Source: an uncultured Campylobacter sp. (GTDB lineage Bacteria > Campylobacterota > Campylobacteria > Campylobacterales > Campylobacteraceae). Taken from it: 64,000 bases of DNA. Within the stretch, counting starts at the first letter, position 1, and the number at the start of each line of letters is the position of its first letter. The notes beneath the pieces were generated by a model that was not told the origin of the DNA, searched no databases, and saw nothing but the letters and a program-made list of their open reading frames with translations. Positions 59,904 through 64,000 of this stretch are shown here, one piece after another. The translations under genes and the position numbers were made by a program. Location: positions 17,838-81,837 of the forward strand of contig NZ_CALHVN010000020.1 of assembly GCF_938039245.1 (NCBI RefSeq). Reading direction: 5' to 3'.

Positions 59904-61135
59904 AATTTAAGCTTTTGCTCTTTTGCGCGCTAAATTTGACGGCCTTCGCCGGTCCGCTACAAGACGCCATAAACGCTGCAGAACCGGGCGACATCTTGCG
60001 GCTAAACGACGGCCTTTACGAGGGAAATATAATCGTCGATAAGCCGCTAACGATAATAGGCAAAGGCGAGAACGCCGTGATACGAGGCGACCGCAAATCA
60101 AGCGTGATAAAAGTAACGGCAAAAAACGTAAAGCTTATAAATTTAAACATCGAGGGTAGCGGCACGAGCCAGATGAACCTAGATGCGGGCATAAGCTGCG
60201 CAAAGGGCAATAATATTTTAGTCGAGAAAAACCGCTTTAAAGACGTGCTTTTCGGCATCGAGCTATCAGAATGCAACCAAGCCGTGATAAGAGATAACAA
60301 CATCACTTCAAAAGAGGGCTTTGACGTGCCTAGACGCGGAGACGCCGTGCGCGCATGGTATTCGCACGAAAATTTGATCGAGCAAAACTACGTCTATAAC
60401 AGCCGCGACATCGTAGCGTGGTTTTCCAGCAACAACGTAATCCGCAAGAACTACGGGCAAAACAACCGCTACGCCGTACACACGATGTACTCGGCGGGCA
60501 ACCTCATCGAGGATAACGAATTTAGCGGCGGCGCGGTCGGGATGTATTTTATGTTTTCTACGAATTCCCTCGTGCGCCGAAACGTGATAATCAACTCAAA
60601 CGGAGCCTTTGGCGTGGGTATCGCGCTAAAAGATACCTCGGGCTTTACCGTGAGCGAAAATACCTTTTTGTATAACTCGCGCGGCATCTACTCCGACCGC
60701 TCGCCGCTAAATCCGGGCACCGTAAATTTGATCGAAAATAATCAAATTTTATACAACGTCATCGGGCTACAAATGCACGCGACGCAGGAAAAAAGCGTGT
60801 TTAAGGGCAACGATTTTATCGGCAATATGGAAACGGCTATCAACGATACTCCTGGCTCAAAGATCGAGCTAAACGAGTGGAGCGGCAATTATTTCGACGA
60901 ATACGAAGGACTAGATCTAAACCGCGACGGCATCGGCGACACGCCCTACTCGCACTTTATTTACGCCGACAAGCTTTGGCAGTATTATCCGGCTCTGCGC
61001 TTTTTTTACGGTTCGACCGTGATTAGCGGGCTAAATTTTCTAGCTAAGCTAGCGCCTTTTTCCGAGCCGCTTAAGCTTTTAGAAGACGACTCTCCAAAAA
61101 TGCGCCCTAATAACGCTCAAAAGGTCGCGCTATGA
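59900..61135 (+). CDS. nosD: N2O reductase maturation protein
   Basis: LQDAINAA.PGD, RGDAVR.WYS, RYAVH.MYS, GNYFD.Y.G.D...DGIGD.P. Confidence 0.93.
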   Translation: MKFKLLLFCALNLTAFAGPLQDAINAAEPGDILRLNDGLYEGNIIVDKPLTIIGKGENAVIRGDRKSSVIKVTAKNVKLINLNIEGSGTSQMNLDAGISCAKGNNILVEKNRFKDVLFGIELSECNQAVIRDNNITSKEGFDVPRRGDAVRAWYSHENLIEQNYVYNSRDIVAWFSSNNVIRKNYGQNNRYAVHTMYSAGNLIEDNEFSGGAVGMYFMFSTNSLVRRNVIINSNGAFGVGIALKDTSGFTVSENTFLYNSRGIYSDRSPLNPGTVNLIENNQILYNVIGLQMHATQEKSVFKGNDFIGNMETAINDTPGSKIELNEWSGNYFDEYEGLDLNRDGIGDTPYSHFIYADKLWQYYPALRFFYGSTVISGLNFLAKLAPFSEPLKLLEDDSPKMRPNNAQKVAL

Positions 61136-61812
61136 ATAGACGAAATTTTATCGCTCTAACGGCAGGCGCGGCGGCCGCAGGCTACGGCATCGGATATTTT
61201 TTACCCAAAACGCGCGCGGACGAGCTTTTTTTACGGCCTCCCGGAGCCGTTAAAAATTTCGAGTCGCTTTGCATAAAATGCGGCCAGTGCGTGCAGGTTT
61301 GCCCATATCACAGCATCGGACTACTAGACATCGCGCAGGGCTACTCAAACGGCACGTCCTACATAAACGCGCACGAGCGAGGCTGCTATCTATGCGACCT
61401 TTTTCCTTGCGTTTTAGCCTGTCCCAGCGGCGCGCTAGATCACGCCACGACGCAAATCAGCGACGTAAAGATGGGCGTTGGCGTGCTAAGGGAGCATGAA
61501 GCCTGTCTTGCTTATAAAAACGAAAACGTAAATTTAAGCGGCATTACGAAAATGCTAGGGCGCAAAATTTACAACGATCGCGAGCAAGCCGTAAAAGACG
61601 CCGTCCAAAATAGCGTGGATAAGCCCTGCGATCTGTGCGTTAGCCTCTGCCCCGTCGGAGACGTCGCTATATCTATGGCTAAAAGCGACGGGCGAAATTT
61701 GCCCGAATTTAAACGTGGCTGCGTTGGATGCGGAGCGTGCGCCGAGGTTTGCCCCGTACAAATCATCGACATAGCGCCAAACCGCAGCTATGACGAAATT
61801 TACAAAGGATAA
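61132..61812 (+). CDS. nosG: NosG/NapG-type Fe-S protein
   Basis: RRNF Tat motif, LRPPGA, four Cys clusters. Confidence 0.85.
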   Translation: MNRRNFIALTAGAAAAGYGIGYFLPKTRADELFLRPPGAVKNFESLCIKCGQCVQVCPYHSIGLLDIAQGYSNGTSYINAHERGCYLCDLFPCVLACPSGALDHATTQISDVKMGVGVLREHEACLAYKNENVNLSGITKMLGRKIYNDREQAVKDAVQNSVDKPCDLCVSLCPVGDVAISMAKSDGRNLPEFKRGCVGCGACAEVCPVQIIDIAPNRSYDEIYKG

Positions 61813-61814
61813 AA

Positions 61815-62387
61815 ATGAGAAATAAAATTTTAGGCTGTCTCGCGGCTCTCGCCGTGGTAGCGCTGATAACGGGCTGCGAGAGCAAAGACGATAAAAAAAG
61901 CGCGACGCAAGCGGCAAAAACGCAAGCGACGCCCGCCGCCGCAGGCATGATAGAGACGCAAAAAGCGGACGCTAACGCGACCGCGCAAAAAGACTACGAT
62001 CAGTTTATGAGCTACGACATAAACGGCAAAAAGAGAGTCAAATTCGGCCTGGACGACGAGGAGAGCGAGACTAGTCGCTCAGTGGGCGCGCTAGCGATGG
62101 TGCGAAGCCCACTGCAAAGCATAAATTTAAAACTCGTAAAAGGGCGCCTTAGCAAGGACTTTATCGTAAAATGCTCCGCCTGCCACGACGACTACGCCAA
62201 CGGCATCATCGGCCCGTCGCTGCTAAATAAAACCTCGGATCAAATTTACGACATGATCTTTGCGTACAAGAACAAGCAAAAGGCAAATCCGCTGATGAAA
62301 GACTTAGTCCAAACCCTAGACGAGGCGCAAGTCCGCGCTCTAGCAAACGAAATCAGCGAATTTAACGAGCAGTTTAGAAAAAAATAG
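61815..62387 (+). CDS. Monoheme cytochrome c lipoprotein (NosC1-like)
   Basis: Lipobox ITGC; CSACH. Confidence 0.8.
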   Translation: MRNKILGCLAALAVVALITGCESKDDKKSATQAAKTQATPAAAGMIETQKADANATAQKDYDQFMSYDINGKKRVKFGLDDEESETSRSVGALAMVRSPLQSINLKLVKGRLSKDFIVKCSACHDDYANGIIGPSLLNKTSDQIYDMIFAYKNKQKANPLMKDLVQTLDEAQVRALANEISEFNEQFRKK

Positions 62388-62396
62388 GAGGCTAAA

Positions 62397-62852
62397 ATGG
62401 GAAAGAAAATAGCGATAATCTTTGGAGCTTTGGTCTTGGTTCTTATGATTTTTATGCTGACTAGCCAGCCCTCAGCGCCCATAAAAGACGCTAGCAGGCC
62501 CGAAATAAAACCCCAAGACTTCGCCCCTAAGCAAGAGCGAAACGAGGAGCTAAACCTGCAAGACGCCGAGGAAATAAAAAAGATAAAACAGCTGCAAAAT
62601 AGCGTCGCAAATCAGCCTAACGAGGGCGTTAGCAAACGATACCTCACATCTTGCGCGCCTTGCCACGGAGCAAACGGCAAGGGCGTAATGGCGCCTAAAA
62701 TCTCAGGCAAAAGCAAGGACGAAATTTTAGCTAGGCTAAAAGACTACAAAGAAAATAAAGTACCAAACAGCCTAATGAAGGGACTTTTAAACAACGTAAC
62801 GGACGAGGATTTAGGCTTGTTAGCGGATGAAATTTCAAAATTTAAAGAGTAG
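62397..62852 (+). CDS. Monoheme cytochrome c (NosC2-like)
   Basis: N-terminal anchor; CAPCH..M. Confidence 0.8.
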   Translation: MGKKIAIIFGALVLVLMIFMLTSQPSAPIKDASRPEIKPQDFAPKQERNEELNLQDAEEIKKIKQLQNSVANQPNEGVSKRYLTSCAPCHGANGKGVMAPKISGKSKDEILARLKDYKENKVPNSLMKGLLNNVTDEDLGLLADEISKFKE

Positions 62853-62855
62853 CGG

Positions 62856-63761
62856 ATGGATAAATATAGCACGCGCTGCACGGTCTCAAAGGTCGATTTT
62901 TTCGATACGCTGACGATAAAAAACGGCGAGGGCAAAAAAAGCCTCAGCTGGCGAGGACGCCGTCTCATCGTAATCGCGCTAGTGCATATTTTGTTCGTGC
63001 TTTCTTACCGCGCAGATATTCAAATTTTAGAAGGCGACATCAGCGGATCAAGGATTTTGGGATTTCACTTGACCGATGCTTTTATGAGCTTTCAAGTATT
63101 TGCCGCGACGCACGAGTTTCCGATAAATTTGATCATCGGCACGGCTACGATTTTGCTTTTTTATGCGCTTGTGGGCGGGCGGGCGTTTTGCGGCTGGGTG
63201 TGTCCTTATACCTTTTTAGGCGAGATCGGCGAGAAAATACACGAAAATTTAGCCGCTAAAAAAATCATCAAACGCCGCGAGTTCGACCCCAAATGGCGCT
63301 ACGTCTTTACCGCGCTTTTTATAGCGATGAGTTTTGCTAGCTCGCAGCTCGTGTTTGAGATTTTTAGCGTGACGGGCATCGTGTCTAGATTCGTCATTTA
63401 CGGCTATTTTCACGCGATTTGGTTTGCCCTTTTCGTGCTTTTAGTGGAGATTTTCTACTCCCGCAGGGGCTGGTGCCGCTACGTCTGCCCTATCGGCGCG
63501 ACGTATTCGCTGCTAACCCGCACCAACGCCGTTAAAGTCAGCTGGAACAAAGATCGCTGCGACCACTGTTTAGTCTGCATCGATACCTGCCTCGTGCCGC
63601 ACGTGCTTGAAATCACGAAGAAAAACGCCAAACTAGACGGCGACGAAAATAAAAAAGAATTTCGTCTCGTGGGCGGCGACTGCACGCTTTGCGGGCGCTG
63701 TATCGACGTGTGCCACCACGACGCGCTGAAATTCGACAACGGCTTTAAAAAGCTCATCTAA
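62856..63761 (+). CDS. nosH: NosH/NapH-type membrane polyferredoxin
   Basis: RAFCGWVCP, RGWCRYVCPIG, two CxxCxxCxxxC motifs. Confidence 0.88.
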   Translation: MDKYSTRCTVSKVDFFDTLTIKNGEGKKSLSWRGRRLIVIALVHILFVLSYRADIQILEGDISGSRILGFHLTDAFMSFQVFAATHEFPINLIIGTATILLFYALVGGRAFCGWVCPYTFLGEIGEKIHENLAAKKIIKRREFDPKWRYVFTALFIAMSFASSQLVFEIFSVTGIVSRFVIYGYFHAIWFALFVLLVEIFYSRRGWCRYVCPIGATYSLLTRTNAVKVSWNKDRCDHCLVCIDTCLVPHVLEITKKNAKLDGDENKKEFRLVGGDCTLCGRCIDVCHHDALKFDNGFKKLI

Positions 63762-63772
63762 AAAGGATAAAT

Positions 63773-64000
63773 TTGATAATCTTAAAAGACATCACCAAGG
63801 CTTTTGGCTCGCAAAAAATATTGCAAAACGTAAATTTAAGCATAAAAAAAGGGCAAAAAACGGTCGTGCTAGGACAAAACGGCGCCGGCAAAAGCTCGCT
63901 GATGCGCATCATACTGGGCGAATTTAAGCCAAACAGCGGCGAGGTGCGAGTAAACGGCTTTGATCCTTTTGCCGCGCGCAAAGAAGCCCTTAGCGTAATA
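63773..64000 (+). CDS. nosF: ABC transporter ATPase NosF, 5' part (truncated by the window end)
   Basis: TTG start after AAGGA; IILKDITKAFG..GQNGAGKS Walker A; follows nosH. Confidence 0.8.
   Translation, partial: MIILKDITKAFGSQKILQNVNLSIKKGQKTVVLGQNGAGKSSLMRIILGEFKPNSGEVRVNGFDPFAARKEALSVI

Overview
Chromosomal window from an epsilonproteobacterium, most likely an oral Campylobacter of the C. showae/C. rectus group. This is inferred from separate rpoB and rpoC genes, the hemN-DUF2603-argF-hemB/ribA-rsmG order, clade II cNosZ and a strong AAATTT bias. 1-4387: right end of a prophage (tail/tail-fibre genes, spanin pair, holin, a stand-alone NrdD-type glycyl-radical mini-protein, a DUF5675 candidate endolysin), closing with a Mu-like array of three ~22-bp sites and a terminal CA. 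4.7-16 kb: GGDEF/EAL protein, mutS2, murC, MmcQ/YjbR, tag, a membrane protein and a Tat-exported flavoprotein reductase. 16-21.5 kb: 1771-aa DUF4214 S-layer/RTX-like protein next to tRNA-Arg(CCT). 22-39.6 kb: core cluster (tRNA-Thr/Tyr/Gly/Thr, tuf, rpmG, tRNA-Trp, secE, nusG, rplKAJL, rpoBC, rpsLG, fusA). 40-53 kb: housekeeping genes plus a frameshifted SMI1/KNR4-like gene. 53.5-64 kb: Cu chaperones and a clade II N2O-reduction cluster (nosZBDG-C1-C2-H-F, cut by the window end). The most unusual signals are a family of modular intergenic hairpins with conserved internal-loop motifs and covarying stems, the phage glycyl-radical mini-gene inside the lysis cassette, and AAATTT-rich in-frame extensions in host proteins. 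All calls come from reading the sequence; no database search was run.
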